64,000 nt of DNA. Origin: Octopus sinensis. Taxonomy: Eukaryota. Below, in pieces: positions 1 to 15,124 of this stretch (the first letter of the stretch is position 1; every line of letters starts with the position of its first letter). The stretch spans positions 5,766,001 through 5,830,000 of the forward strand of contig NC_043015.1 in assembly GCF_006345805.1 (NCBI RefSeq). Reading direction: 5' to 3'. Below the pieces are notes generated by a model. That model was not told the origin of the DNA and ran no database searches. It saw nothing but the letters and a program-made list of their open reading frames with translations. Made by a program: the position numbers and the translations under genes.

Positions 1-141
1 TTTAAACATATCACAATTATGTATATAAACACAGAAACACATATATATATATTTACATACATATATACACATGTATATATATATATATATATATATATAT
101 GACGCCCACACACACATATATGTTTGTATGCTTATGTTTAT

Positions 142-201
<60 letters not shown>

Positions 202-317
202 ATATACATACATACACACAAGTACAGAAATATGAACCTGTGCCTATAATATATGTGTATATATATAATTATGTTATGTAATGTATGTATACATATATTT
301 ATGCATATATATGTACA

Positions 318-991
318 CTAGCTGAATAGCCCGTTATTGCCGGGCAATTATTACAAGAGAACGTGTTATATAAATTTTTGTTTATTTCATGTCCGACCAT
401 GCCTTCCCCAATAGATAAGCCACATGATCAGGACAGATTTGTACACTTTTTCCTAAAACCCTTTCTGAATTCCTTTCTGAATCATCTACATGTCTGCTCG
501 AACGTTTCACATGACTTTATTCAATCTTATGACTTCTTAAACTTCAGAAGTTTGTTTAATAAATAGTCCTCAACGTTATGATTTTGCTTCCATTTTGTGA
601 TAGACAGCTATCATGCAGAAAATGCCAGCTTCCAAATTCTGTTTTTTCATTAGGTAAAATTGATTAAACTTTAAACCCATGTAAGATTTTACTAAAACTT
701 TAAACCCATGTAAGATTTTTTTTTCAACAAGAAATTAACAAAATTGGATTTAAAGTGTAAAATTATCTCAGTGCACCAAAGTTGAAATTTTTGACGGAAT
801 TTTAAAATTTCACTATATGTGATATCAACCGAGAAAGCCCTACAAACGTAGAGACAAACAGTTATAGGACGTTCCACACACACGCACGAGCACACAAACG
901 CACACGCGCGCACACACACAAACGCACACAAGCACACTCGTTTGCAAGTGCCCGCACAGGCAATCACCAGTTTAAAACGATGACTAGTAGA
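318..991 (-). mobile_element. Probable non-autonomous Helitron, second family
   Basis: Minus-strand 3' end GCCCG-GCAATAA-CGGGC hairpin followed by CTAG|T at 318. The putative 5' end TCTACTAG at 991 is preceded by G rather than A, so that boundary is uncertain. Confidence 0.55.
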
Positions 992-999
992 CATATGTA

Positions 1000-1020
1000 T
1001 ATACGTATGTATGTATGTGA

Positions 1021-1058
<38 letters not shown>

Positions 1059-1560
1059 CAAAATAATAAATAAAACATATACATACATATATGTACGTAC
1101 CTACATCTATATGTATATATACATGCATATATGGGTACAAGACACCAAAAGAACGTCGAACACAATGAGAAACGAAAACATAAACACAAAGCCAAGGAAA
1201 TGGACATTTTTCTTAAACAACGAAATATAGAGTACAAGACATACAACACAAGCAACATTCCCCTTCTTCATCCGCCTCTGTTTCATCTACTCCGCGTTTC
1301 GAAGATAAAGGGGAGACACGACTTCGTTGAAACAGTGCTTCCCGCAAAAGCAAATTAAATAAAATTTGAGATTTTTTGCGGAGGGGTAAAAATGGTAACA
1401 AAAACAGGACAGTAAAAACAATACAAAATATATACAGTAAAAGACAGGACAAGGAGAATAACAGTAACACGAACATTGAGGGCTGTTAAGCCAGACCGAA
1501 TGAAAAAATATTTTAAACGCTTTGAAAACGGCGAGAGAGACAGGGAAAAATATGGACAGA
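1000..1560. repeat. Unclassified dispersed repeat, second copy at ~15130..15620
   Basis: GACACCAAAA..CGTCGAACACAATGAGAAACGAAAACATA..GGAGGGGTAAAAATGGTAACAAAAACAGGACAGTAA occurs in both. Confidence 0.85.
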
Positions 1561-2127
1561 TAGTAAAAGGTCTTGAAGTCATACCCTGTTCTGGTAACGC
1601 TTAACCATTTGTGCCTTAAATCGACTGGAAGACCAAAATGGTGTAAGAAGTCAGCATCGAAGATAGGATATGGTATTTCTGCGATGCAGTGGTGTAGAAG
1701 TTTACGCTAGTCAGGAAGAAGGTGGACAGGCCTAATACTACATGCAACCCCTGTATCGACTAAAATTTGCTGCTTCGAAATAGACTCGAATGTGAAGAAT
1801 AGTAATTGATGATTAATCATGCACGCATGATAAATTCGCGATTTACATGTAATCGAAACAAACTGCCATATACGTATACAGAAGTATCATATATGTATAC
1901 AAGCATGCCTGGCATGTCAATAATGCTGAAAGTTTTATTAATGATGGAAATGTCTCATCAAGATAATTAGAGAAGATCATTGATGATTGTCAGCAATCGA
2001 GTAAAAATATGGGCATCCGCTTATTTTGCTTACATGGACCAGAGTGATTTTCTATAAACAAATGCCCTTCCTGTTACAAACCCCCATCTATTTACAAGTT
2101 AATATTTCACCATACGATATATATAGT

Positions 2128-2307
2128 AGGCGTAGGAGTGGCTGTGTGGTAAGTAGCTTGCTTACGAACCAAATGGTTCCAGGTTCAGTCCCACTGCGTG
2201 GCACATTGGGCAAGTGTCTTCTTCTATAGCCTCGGGCCGACCAAAGCCTTGTGAGTGGATTGGATAGACGGAAACTGAAAGAAGCTCGTCGTAATATTAT
2301 ATATATA

Positions 2308-2346
<39 letters not shown>

Positions 2347-2590
2347 ATATATATATATATATTATATATAAATGCATGTATGTGTGTGGGTGTGTGTGTG
2401 TTTGTGGTGTCTTTGTTTGTCTGTGTTTGTCGCCCCAACATCGCTTGACAACCGATGCTGGTGTATTTACGTCCCCGTAACTTAGCGGTTCGGCAAAAGA
2501 GACCGATATAATAAGTTCTGGGGTCGATTTGCTCGACTAAAGGCGGTGCTCCTGCATGGTCGCAGTCAAATGACCAAAACAGGTAAAAAA
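2128..2590 (+). mobile_element. SINE family B (tRNA-like head, CORE-like TTGGGCAAGT block, internal TA/TG microsatellite)
   Basis: GGCTGTGTGGTAAG..GGTTCAGTCCCAC head. Tail GCGGTGCTCC..GCAGTCAAATGAC. Many copies in the window. Confidence 0.85.
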
Positions 2591-2699
2591 AAAACAAAAA
2601 GATAGTAAAAGATTAGATATAAATATAATAACAATGATGATGATGATGGTGATGATGATGATGATGGTTGTGGTGGTGATGAATATGATGACGATGACA

Positions 2700-3052
2700 A
2701 CAATGTATGAGCATGATGACGCCAGCTTTTGCCGAACGTCCAGCACAAAACGATTTGTTTATAGTGATCAAATGTTCGTGTCGCACACTAGCACACTCAC
2801 TTGTAACATCAAATCGACGTTGTCTGAAAAGTCGCACTGTGTACAACACGACGGGTGTTGGAGTGATCACAGAGGAACTGGAGATGAAGCATTTTGCTAA
2901 ATAACACACAACCTTCCGGTCCATGTACTGAACGTACGATTGCTAGATCGTGAGCACCAACGCCTTAACCACTAGGCCATGCGCTCTCACATATATACAA
3001 GTCAATGACAGACAAATAGGACATGCATTCCGTTTTAATATATGTAAGACAC

Positions 3053-3100
<48 letters not shown>

Positions 3101-3430
3101 TACACACATACTCGCACGCACTCACGCGCACACACACACACACACACACACACCACACACACACACATATATATATATTGTTATATTGACAATTAACAAA
3201 TCGTTTAAATCTATTTTGGGTCGATGGTGCGTTGCAACCATGCAGCGTTTGTAGGGCGAGGAAGCCTGGCAAAGCAGTTCCTCTCCAGGCTAATCTCATT
3301 TCTACAACTGAGAGGGCTGGAGCAACGTGAAATGAAGTGCGTTGCTCAAGAGCACAACGCATCGCCCGTTGCAGGAACCGAAACCACAATCTTACGATCG
3401 TGAGCCCAACATCTTAACCACTAAGCCACG
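2700..3430 (-). mobile_element. Two older tRNA-headed SINE fragments (family D)
   Basis: Heads GCATGGCCTAGTGGTTAAG (~2990) and GCGTGGCTTAGTGGTTAAG (~3435) on the minus strand. Confidence 0.6.
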
Positions 3431-4694
3431 CGCCTCGCACATATTGCCATGTATAAATACATACATGCATGCACACACACACACACACACACACACATAA
3501 GGGATGTTGGTGTATGCAAAATTATATAGTCATGAATAAATATATAAATTTGTATATATTTGTATATATTATGTGTTTGCATGTATGCATGCATGCATGA
3601 ATACATACATACATACATACATGCATACATGCATACATACATACATACATACATACATACATACATACATACATACATACATACATACATACATACATAC
3701 ATACATTCCTGGATTATTAGAACAATTCTGCTATATGTAAGTTAGTCAAACATGCAAAGTCTTTTCTGGGCAGTTTTTCCAGGAAATGTATTTATCTGTT
3801 TATATTATGAGTTAAAAAGATGGTGAAACTCTTGTTATGGAACAATAAGCAAGCTTTTTTGTAGAATGTTTAATAACAAATCTGATGTAAGAAAAATATG
3901 TATGTTTGATTTTGTGGTTTTAAACGTTTATTATTAGCCAATAGCTTTCGGTAATAACTTCACACTCAATTACACCTCACTGATCCAGATATCAAGTTTA
4001 TTTTACACATAAGGTAATCACTTTTCCTTCTTTTCTAACTGGGTACGTAAAATGATCTAAATATTTTCGTTGCAGCTATGGATGTTTTTTGATATATAGA
4101 TAGGTAGATAAATGTATAAAGAAATGTTGGTTTATATGTCTTGCATCCGATGCATGTGTCTGTGTGTTCGTGATGCTGCAAGGCCTGATTTTTCGTGATG
4201 ACAGATAATTTCTTTTACGAAATATGATTTGGCATGAAGTAGACAGATAGGTACGGAGGGTTTTATACAAACGTTTAGTGAATTGGAATTAAAGTTAGTG
4301 CCGTGAGCAACGTTGCGTAAATTCGTTTTATAGACAAATATTAGATTTCGACGCTAATACATATTTCCTTTACCATGAACCAACGTAATATTATTTTATA
4401 TAAACACGTGTTGTATTCATATATCATATAACTTCCATAGTTTAGTCTCCAGCGTTACAAGGCGTTTTTCATGTCTTTCCTAATATGCGGATGCTTTTGC
4501 AAGACTCATATATCTATAATGTATCTTGTAATAGTTGTACATTTTCGAATAAGTTGGAATATATACGAAGGTATGTAGCTCATCAACGCAAAACTAGAAA
4601 TATAAATTCCTGTAATATAGTGGAATTTTAACATGAATGTTCGCACAAGCATAGCCAAGAAGTTTTTATATATTCATCCAATGAAAAAAACGTC

Positions 4695-4988
4695 GCCATT
4701 TTCAAGCCTAGCCAGGCTCATGGACCCGGTTTCTGTGGAGTATGTGTTCCCCCCAGGTGGAGGGGACGCAAGTCCATCGCAGCGTTACTCAATAAACAGG
4801 AAGAGAGAGAGTGAGATAAAGTAGTTGTGAAAGAGTACAACAGGGGTTGCCACCACCCGCTGCAGGAGCCTTGTGGAGCTTTTAGGTGTTTTCGCTCAAT
4901 AAAAACACACAACGCCCGGTCTCGGAATCGAAACCGCGATCCTCCGACTGCGAGTCCGCTGCCCAAACCACTGGGTCATTGCGCCTCC
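4695..4988 (-). mobile_element. SINE family A (tRNA head), tail type 1
   Basis: A box TGGCCCAGTGG-like and B box GGTTTCGATTCC. Same tail as 42950..43248. Confidence 0.85.
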
Positions 4989-5092
4989 ACATATTCCTCC
5001 AATATCCTATAGATATTACAAGATCTTTATTCTGAAACTGTTATTAACGTTTATTGGTTTTGTTTCAAAATTCCTGACATTGCTATACCCTT

Positions 5093-5303
5093 TTATTTGT
5101 TTCAGTAATTTGACTGCGGCCATGCTGGAGCACCGTCTTTAGTCGAGCAAATCGATACCAGGACTTCTTCTTTGTAAGTCTTGTACTTATACTATCGGTC
5201 TTTTTTGCCGAAACGCTAAGGTACGGGGTCGTAAACCCACCAGCATCGGTTGTCAAGCGGTGCTGGGGGCCAAAACAGACAACAAAACACACACACACCC
5301 ATA

Positions 5304-5339
<36 letters not shown>

Positions 5340-5385
5340 TATATATATATATGTATATATATATGTATATATATATATATATATA

Positions 5386-5455
<70 letters not shown>

Positions 5456-5620
5456 CATAAATATATATACGACGAGGTTCTTTCAGTTTCCGCCTACCAA
5501 ATCCACTCACAAGGCTTTGGTTGGCCCGAGTAGAAGACACTTGCTGAAGGTGCCACGCAGTAGGACTGAACCCGGAACCATGTGGCTGGTAAGCAAGCTA
5601 CTTACCACACAGCCACTCAG
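5093..5620 (-). mobile_element. SINE family B
   Basis: Reverse complement of the 2128 element. Confidence 0.85.
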
Positions 5621-5660
5621 TCTATATATAAAATTACTGCAAAGCTTATCAAATATTGAA

Positions 5661-6621
5661 TCTCTCTATATATAAACGGCAGTTTGTCTGTCTGTGTGTC
5701 TGCGTGTCTGTCAGGTTTTACCCTCACCCTGACCACGGCCTTCAGCCGATTCTGATGAAACTTGACACACACATAGCCCAATGTCATAATTCAAAACTAA
5801 TGCAGCGAAAATTTTGAAAAGTTCCCCCTGTTCTGATGAAAAATCGGTAAATTCGACATGGGGTCGAGAATCAGAAACACAAACCACAGACTGTCTAGGG
5901 GACGCAACTTGACCTTTTTAACTCTCAATTCCATCAATATCCAGCTACTTGAAGCTATTCCTGGTGATGTCCACGTCTACAAATCTATTGATAGGACAGC
6001 AGACCCCGCCGAGCTTGCCGATTATCCTGTTGAATTCCTGAATTTACTTGAACCGCCAGGCCTGCCGCCACACATCCTGAAGTTAAAAGTCGGTGCGCCC
6101 ATTATGCACATCAGGAATTTGGTTCCACCTAAACAGTGCAACGGCATACGTCTGGTTGTGAAACATTTGCCACCACATTTAATAACGGCCACGATACTTA
6201 CCGGTTGTGGTAAGGGAGAGGACGTCTTCATTCCACGCATGCACCTTCAACCGTCGGGCGCTGACCTACCAATCCACTTCAGGCGTTCTCAGTTTCCTGT
6301 TAAACTCTGCTTTGCAATGTCCATCAATAAATCCCAAGGCCAAACGCTACAAGTCGCTGGGTTACAGTTGGGCGAACAGTGTTTCGCCCACGGTCAACTC
6401 TACGTGGGCTGTTTACGCGTTGGGAGGCGCAATGATGTTTTCATGTTTTCGCCCAAAGGGACAGCTAGCAACATCGTATACACAGAAGTATTCGAGTGAA
6501 GAGAAGACATTGCAACCTACACATGCGCCTTCGTTCCCTTGAGGGAAAGGACTAGATTGGGATTAGTCGTTGCCTACTAGGGGCTCTTACATATCCGGGC
6601 AACGCCGGGCTATGCTGCTAG
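5661..6621 (+). mobile_element. Internally deleted Helitron with PIF1-helicase remnant
   Basis: 5' TC after A, 3' CTAG before T, GC hairpin CCGG-GCAACG-CCGG at 6595..6608, helicase fragment inside. Termini shared with 51764..52133. Confidence 0.9.
5858..6499 (+). pseudogene. C-terminal fragment of Helitron RepHel PIF1-like helicase
   Basis: YPVEFLN..PPGLPPH.L.LKVGAPIM.IRNL..CNG.RL, FIPR, QFPVKLCFAMSINKSQGQTL, F.HGQLYV. The first ~25 aa derive from the non-coding 5' end, and no Rep domain is present. Confidence 0.88.
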
Positions 6622-7861
6622 TATTCAATAACCAGGAGCAGATTTGAATACCAGATTTTAAATATTTTGACAGTTACTTGGAGTATTGAACCTTACAGCC
6701 GAAACCCTAGCTCATTAGTGAAATCGTAAATTTGAATGACAGAAAATGATTTTAATGTAAAATGTTACACGCGCAAGCATTCACTCGTTAAACGAAACGG
6801 TAAATTAGTTACGGAACATTACAGATACAGTTCGAAATTGAAGCAAAAGTAATGAAAATACATGTAATACCAAAAGTTTTGTTCATGCTTTCGCGCTTGT
6901 TCACTAACATGATAACCACCGAAAGAAGCTTAACCAAAACAGTTTTGATATTACTGCAAAATATAGACTGCATCACAAGGAAAGTCATTCTGCGTAATAG
7001 TTTACATATATATCGGTAAGTTGCGATGCAAATTTTATGCTGCAGAACTGTCTTAGATAAATGCTCAAGTGAAAGTTCCTGCGTGATATCTATTTCCTCT
7101 TGGTTCAGTATAAATAGTTCTTCAACGTCGTGTTGAAAGCTACTTCGCTGTTTTTCCTTCTCATTTGTTTTTTCGCATCATCTATAACTTCATGTGTGAA
7201 TCGTCAGTCTCCATTCCCATACGAATATATTTAATTTATACACACACTATTCTGATTTATACTTGCTATTTTTGCATCATTTATATTTATCTTTTTTTTT
7301 TACTTCTTACACGTGACATATACGTCTGTGTCAGTAACGATATATATTATGAAGAAAATCATCGAAACATTTCGGCTTCTTAGTAAGACTGCCAAATAAG
7401 ATAACTACCTAGCATTGACAAACCACAAATGACCTTCTAGATGGCTTAAATGATGGATGGCTCATATCAATGAAAACAAATAGTTTAAAATGGGGAAACG
7501 AGCATATTATTTAAGAAAAGGTAAGCTCGCAGAAGTGTGAAGGAGGCCCAAAGCAACTGAGAAGCAAAAGCGATTTGTAACTATAATTCGTCCATTCATA
7601 GCTCATCCCAAAGACCTTTCAAAGAGTTAGTTACAGTTTCATGGAAATTTGCCGGGCATTTTTAACATCGGAAAAAAAATTATAATCGTATTTTAGTATT
7701 CTCTTACTTATTCCATTACACTGGGTTACCAAAGTGTAATTGGTCAAAAATCTCTTGTGGTAGAATGATAGCAACTTTTTTAAACGAATTGTAAAATTTT
7801 CAGCTCTCAAAAGATACACATACACACATGTACATAAATATGCATAAGTTTATAAACACAT

Positions 7862-9688
<1,827 letters not shown>

Positions 9689-9690
9689 GA

Positions 9691-10688
9691 TATGTTTCTT
9701 TATTAGCCACACAGGGCTGCACACAGATAGAACAAATTACAAGGTAGAGCTTTTCTTTTGAAGGTTTAAAAAAAAAAAAAAATAAAAAAAAAAAAAAAAT
9801 AAAAAAAAAAATAAAATAAAAATAAAATAAAAAAGGGGGGGGTTAAAAAAAAAGGGGGAGAGGAAAAAAATTGATCAATAGGGATCGTTATCACAGAAAT
9901 GTCAATATGAAGTGTAAAGGGGGGGACAGGTGAGGTTTACCCGTGGAAAGAAAAGCCTACGGAAAAGACCACGGTAACCTCAGTCAATGAAGTCACATGT
10001 TATATTTCTTTTTTTTTTTTTTTTTTTGCAAATAAGCAACTCTCTGTATTAATTTTTACGGTTCATAGAATCATAGTCAAGGTGGCTTCGTCATTCATAC
10101 GTGCATCCTTGCTACATTCACCCATCTTTTTTTAAAACATTCACTAGACAAAACTTGCCTCTCTACTCTCACTTTTTTCTTCAAGTGATACTTGAAGAAG
10201 TTGATGAGAGATTGACCAGAGAGGAAAGTGTTTGTCTCTAATCCTTTCAGACGCGCGTCCACCAGGTACATTCTTTCGCCATAGCCACAATATGATAAAA
10301 ATAGCTCTTCCTTCCCGTTTGAAGGAAGGAGCGTGACGATATTAACGATAGACTCGGCTGATAAACCGAACACGTCCCACACGTGACAGCAGTCGTTCGA
10401 CATAAGCCCACAGTGGGAAATTGCTGGACACTGCACGATTGCGTGCAGAGCGGTTTCGTCGCTCTGCCCGCATCTCGGGCAGGTCGGCCCCGTGTTCTCG
10501 AGCCATGCCTATAGAGCTTATCCCGAACGGGTAGCGCTTCTCGGTAGCACCGGCCAAGGCCAGATCTCTGGAAGTTGTCCATAGGTCCCGGGCCGAAAGT
10601 CGTTTGAAACAGGCGGGTCAGGTATTCCTCGTCGACCCCCAGGTTTGCCCCGAGCTCGTCGTCGTACCTCCCCTCCACTAATCCCCTA
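9691..10688 (-). mobile_element. 5'-truncated Tx1/L1-clade LINE, copy 2 (head-to-tail with copy 1)
   Basis: Near-duplicate of 8583..~9600 with the same 3' end. The 5' end joins (GATA)n at ~10688. Confidence 0.85.
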
Positions 10689-10701
10689 GATAGATAGACA
10701 T

Positions 10702-10786
<85 letters not shown>

Positions 10787-10831
10787 CATATAGATAGATA
10801 GATAGATATATAGATAGACAGACAGACAGAC

Positions 10832-10906
<75 letters not shown>

Positions 10907-10940
10907 GATAGACAGATATATATAAGTATAGATAGATACA
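10687..10940. repeat. (GATA)n array
   Basis: Direct reading of the sequence. Confidence 0.97.
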
Positions 10941-11010
10941 TACAAGCATACCTAATATATACGTACATGCCTGCATACATATATGCACATATAGCTGTAG
11001 AGATATACAT

Positions 11011-11058
<48 letters not shown>

Positions 11059-11599
11059 TGTGTGTGTGCATCTGTGTGTGTGTATGTATGTATGTATCTG
11101 TATACATGAACGAGGGCATAGTCTATATATACTCGTTTTCCATATATATTTTCCTCTCATATCGCTCTATTTTTCACTTTATCATGAAATAATGAATTTT
11201 TGTTATTTATTTCCATACAATTTCTCAACACAAATCGAACATTATTATATTATTAATGGCTTTTACCTATCATCAAATATTGCAAAACACATCAATCAGA
11301 CGAAATTGTATGATGATTAATTAGCTAAGTGTTTGATGAGAGTAATTATTTTAGATTTTACGTTTAGAAATATTAATTATGTTCAAACATACCGCTTGAA
11401 AAAGAAGTGAAAACAAGAATGATAAAATACGAACGGTCAGTTATTATTATCAAAAGTGAAGTACAAAACAATATACACAGAAAAGTTTATACATTATAAT
11501 GAATGCAATCATAATTTACGAACACAAGCACAAAGAAATGCCCATAGTTGTATGCGTGTATATACGAATGATATATATACACACACCACACACACATAT

Positions 11600-11708
<109 letters not shown>

Positions 11709-11941
11709 TATATTAAATATATATATATATGAATACATACTCATATTTATATACTTACATAACATTATATGTATGTATATGTATATGTATGTGTGTAAGT
11801 ATTTGTATATAACAAGCACACATTCACATAGATACACATTATATTATATGATATGTGATATGAATATATATATTTTCTCATATGCTTACATACATACTTC
11901 TTGAGGTATATACTTTTATACACACACACACACGCACACAC

Positions 11942-11997
<56 letters not shown>

Positions 11998-13549
11998 TAT
12001 ACAGACACCCACACACACACACATACATATATTTATATACAGACGTACGTATATAATCTCACGTACAGAGATACGGATACCTATGTATATGTACATATAA
12101 AAATAAATATGTGATTGTGAAATGTTTTAAAAGTATAATATCTCTATTTTTCTAGTATTCAAAATCTGCAAAGCGAACGCCCACAAACACAAGGACAATA
12201 TTAATCGCTTTCACGCATGGAAAACTTGTCGACATGTAGAAGTTGCAGCGAAATCTCCCTTAACAAACACCAGTCTTTCTATTAATATAAGGAATTTAGA
12301 CGGAGACATAAAGTTCAAATGGAGTAGTCACATTAATATTTTTATCTGCCCACTTTCTCTTGTTGTCAACCTTTGAAATTCTAGAAATTACAAATGCATG
12401 CCATGCATAAAAATGGAGAGAACATATTAAAATACATAAGGAAATGAGCTTTGTTTAAGTGGTGGCTGCAAATTTTTGTGATGTCAAACTTTTTCCACGT
12501 TTAGTTTGCATTCTTCACATTTTCTCTCATTTTTGGAACTAGATACATAAACTAGATACCATTAAGGACTAGATACATAGTGAAGGAAAGACTCTTATAA
12601 TCGAATGCACAAATATAGAAGATCAAAATGAATATGATGGTGTCTATTAGAAGGCTGGATCAAGATAAATGTCGTATCTATTTATCAAGTGAACGCAGAT
12701 TTAACTTTATTACACTAAACCACGCTGTCACAAAATCTTTAATACCTCTATTAACAGCAATATTGAAAAACACCTACTTACACAAATAAAATATTTGATT
12801 CTAACAGAGGGTTTCCAAGAACCAGCTGTCAATCCGTCTAAAGACATCTACTTATAGAGGTACATTTATAGTTCAAGGACGCAGAAGAAGAAACTACTAG
12901 AAAATGAGACGTCAAAGCAAACATCAAGAAAGCTCATGGTCAGATTTTTAAATTCTGTTTCAAGTGACGTGAGGGCTTCAACCTCAATAACACGTTTCTA
13001 TTATAGTTCATGGAAAAGCAATTTTTTATAAGTTAATTTGTTAAGTTTCAAAAAAGAGCAAAAAACAAATTCATTAATGTCTGCTCAAAGGTACAGACGT
13101 TAATAATAGGAGATGATTGAGAATATTTCTTGGAAATTAACTATTGCTATGAAAATCTGTAATGAAGCGTGTGATTTCTTACGCAAATGTATACAGGAGT
13201 GTGTGTGAAAGAGAGAGACAGAGTGTGTGTATGTGTGTATGTGTGTTTGTGTGTACATGTGTGTGAGTGTGTGCGTATGTGCGTGTGAGTGCATGTGTGT
13301 GTGTATGAGAGAGAGAGACACACACACACATACACGTGAATTGTATTATGCGATTCGAAAGACATGTGAACGTCGGTTACGCTGCTAGCGAATGAATAAT
13401 TATATACATAACAAAAATATATGTAAACATACAATCTCCCTCTACTCGGTCTCTCTCTCTCACACATACACTCACACACTCACACAAGCACACACAAATC
13501 ATGCACACACAAACTCGCCAGCACACATGTGTGGGAATATGTATGTGTA

Positions 13550-13581
<32 letters not shown>

Positions 13582-13635
13582 CGTTAAAATATTTGTTGTG
13601 CAAGATTTTTTATGTGAAGTCGTGTGTTGAAACAG

Positions 13636-13859
13636 ATATTGTTATATTTCGGAATGGTCATTTTGCCAGTTTAGCCAATAAAAAAACACGCACTATATAT
13701 TTGGTGTTATTTTGCTTCAGTGTTATTTATTTTTTTACATTAAGATTAAGATTAATGTAAAAAAAAAAATGTCACTGAAGCAAAATAACACCAAATATAT
13801 AGTGCGTGTGTTTTTATTGGCTAAACTGGCAAAATGACCATTCCGAAATATAACAATAT
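13636..13859. repeat. Near-perfect foldback palindrome (~108 bp arms, 8 bp spacer)
   Basis: 13636..13743 is the reverse complement of 13752..13859, with a few mismatches near the centre. Spacer GATTAAGA. Confidence 0.9.
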
Positions 13860-13920
13860 ATATATATATATATATAACAATATATATATATATATTATAT
13901 ATATATTATATATATATATA

Positions 13921-14458
13921 AACAAAGATAATGCGATACAATAAATTATTATAATCGCCGGTGTACCAGTACACGCCATATATTATACATATATCATTAC
14001 ATTCAAGGCGAAGAGTGCACTAGATACACAATAGCTGGATAATTTAGTGAGATGAAGATTAAAAACTTTTACAAACTTAACTTTTCTTATACTGCAGTTT
14101 CGCCAAATTCAGTAATAAAAATAGTATTTATTTACTCAGGCTGGCTCTTCAGTAAGATTCCTGTTAATGATGGAAGACCATATCAATAGACCCATGTGCG
14201 TCTATCGAAATGCTCTTTCTAAACTATTCAAAACACTGCGCAGACTCAGAACAAACCCGACAAAATAGGGGATTGTGGTATATCGTCTAACGGTCAGAAA
14301 TTATCGAGAGAATATGTAAACAAAGATAAATGCGATACAATAAAATTAATTATAATCGCCGGTGTACCAGTACACGCCATATATTATACATATATCATTA
14401 CATTCAAGGCGAAGAGTGCACTAGATACACAATAGCTGGATAAATTTAGTGAGATGAA
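13921..14458 (-). mobile_element. Retrozyme-like / pseudo-LTR-only non-autonomous element (about 1.35 units of ~400 bp)
   Basis: Terminal direct repeats 13921..14056 and 14319..14458 differ only by single-base indels. Central hammerhead, no ORF, (TA)n on both flanks. Confidence 0.72.
14085..14157 (-). ncRNA. Type I hammerhead ribozyme in a retrozyme-like element
   Basis: Minus strand TCTTA-CTGAAGA-GCCA..TGGC-GAAAC-TGCA-GTA/TAAGA. 5 bp stem I, 4 bp stem II plus an AT-rich extension, palindromic stem III ACTGCAGT, all core nucleotides present. Confidence 0.88.
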
Positions 14459-14468
14459 AATAATATAT

Positions 14469-14540
<72 letters not shown>

Positions 14541-14946
14541 GTAATATACAGTAATCCTACGACTATAGCTTATTGTACTACCCCACCGCCACGATAAGTG
14601 AAAATCAGCGAAGTAGAAAGAGTTATTTAAAATTATTTTTATAATTTCTATATATTTATTTTACTTGTTTCAGTTATTTGCCTGTGGTCATGCTGGGGTT
14701 CCACCTTAAAGGGCTTAGTCGAAGAAATTGACCTCAGGGTACATTATTTAAAGCTTAGTATTTTTTCTGTTGATATCTTTCGCCGAACCGCTAATTTACG
14801 GGGACGTAAAAATACCAACAACACCGCTTGTCAAGCATTGGTGGGGGATAGATACAGACACAAAGATACACGCTCATAGATATATACATACATATAAATA
14901 TATATATATATATGTTTGTGTATATATATATATGTATGTATGTATG

Positions 14947-14990
<44 letters not shown>

Positions 14991-15086
14991 ATATACATAT
15001 ATATGTATGCAGGTATATATATACACACAAACACACATGTGTGTGTTTGTAAGTATGTATGTATATATATATATATATATATATAC

Positions 15087-15124
<38 letters not shown>

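Noticed and set aside
666-720. Short local tandem duplications (~29 bp here, 24 bp at 22494..22541, 21 bp at ~53370, 18 bp at ~42920)
   Set aside because: Ordinary slippage events with no further structure.
1826-1862. TTGATGA..GAAAC hammerhead-like spacing, also at ~21593, ~38708, ~54723 and ~62260
   Set aside because: Core or stem II pairing fails in each case.
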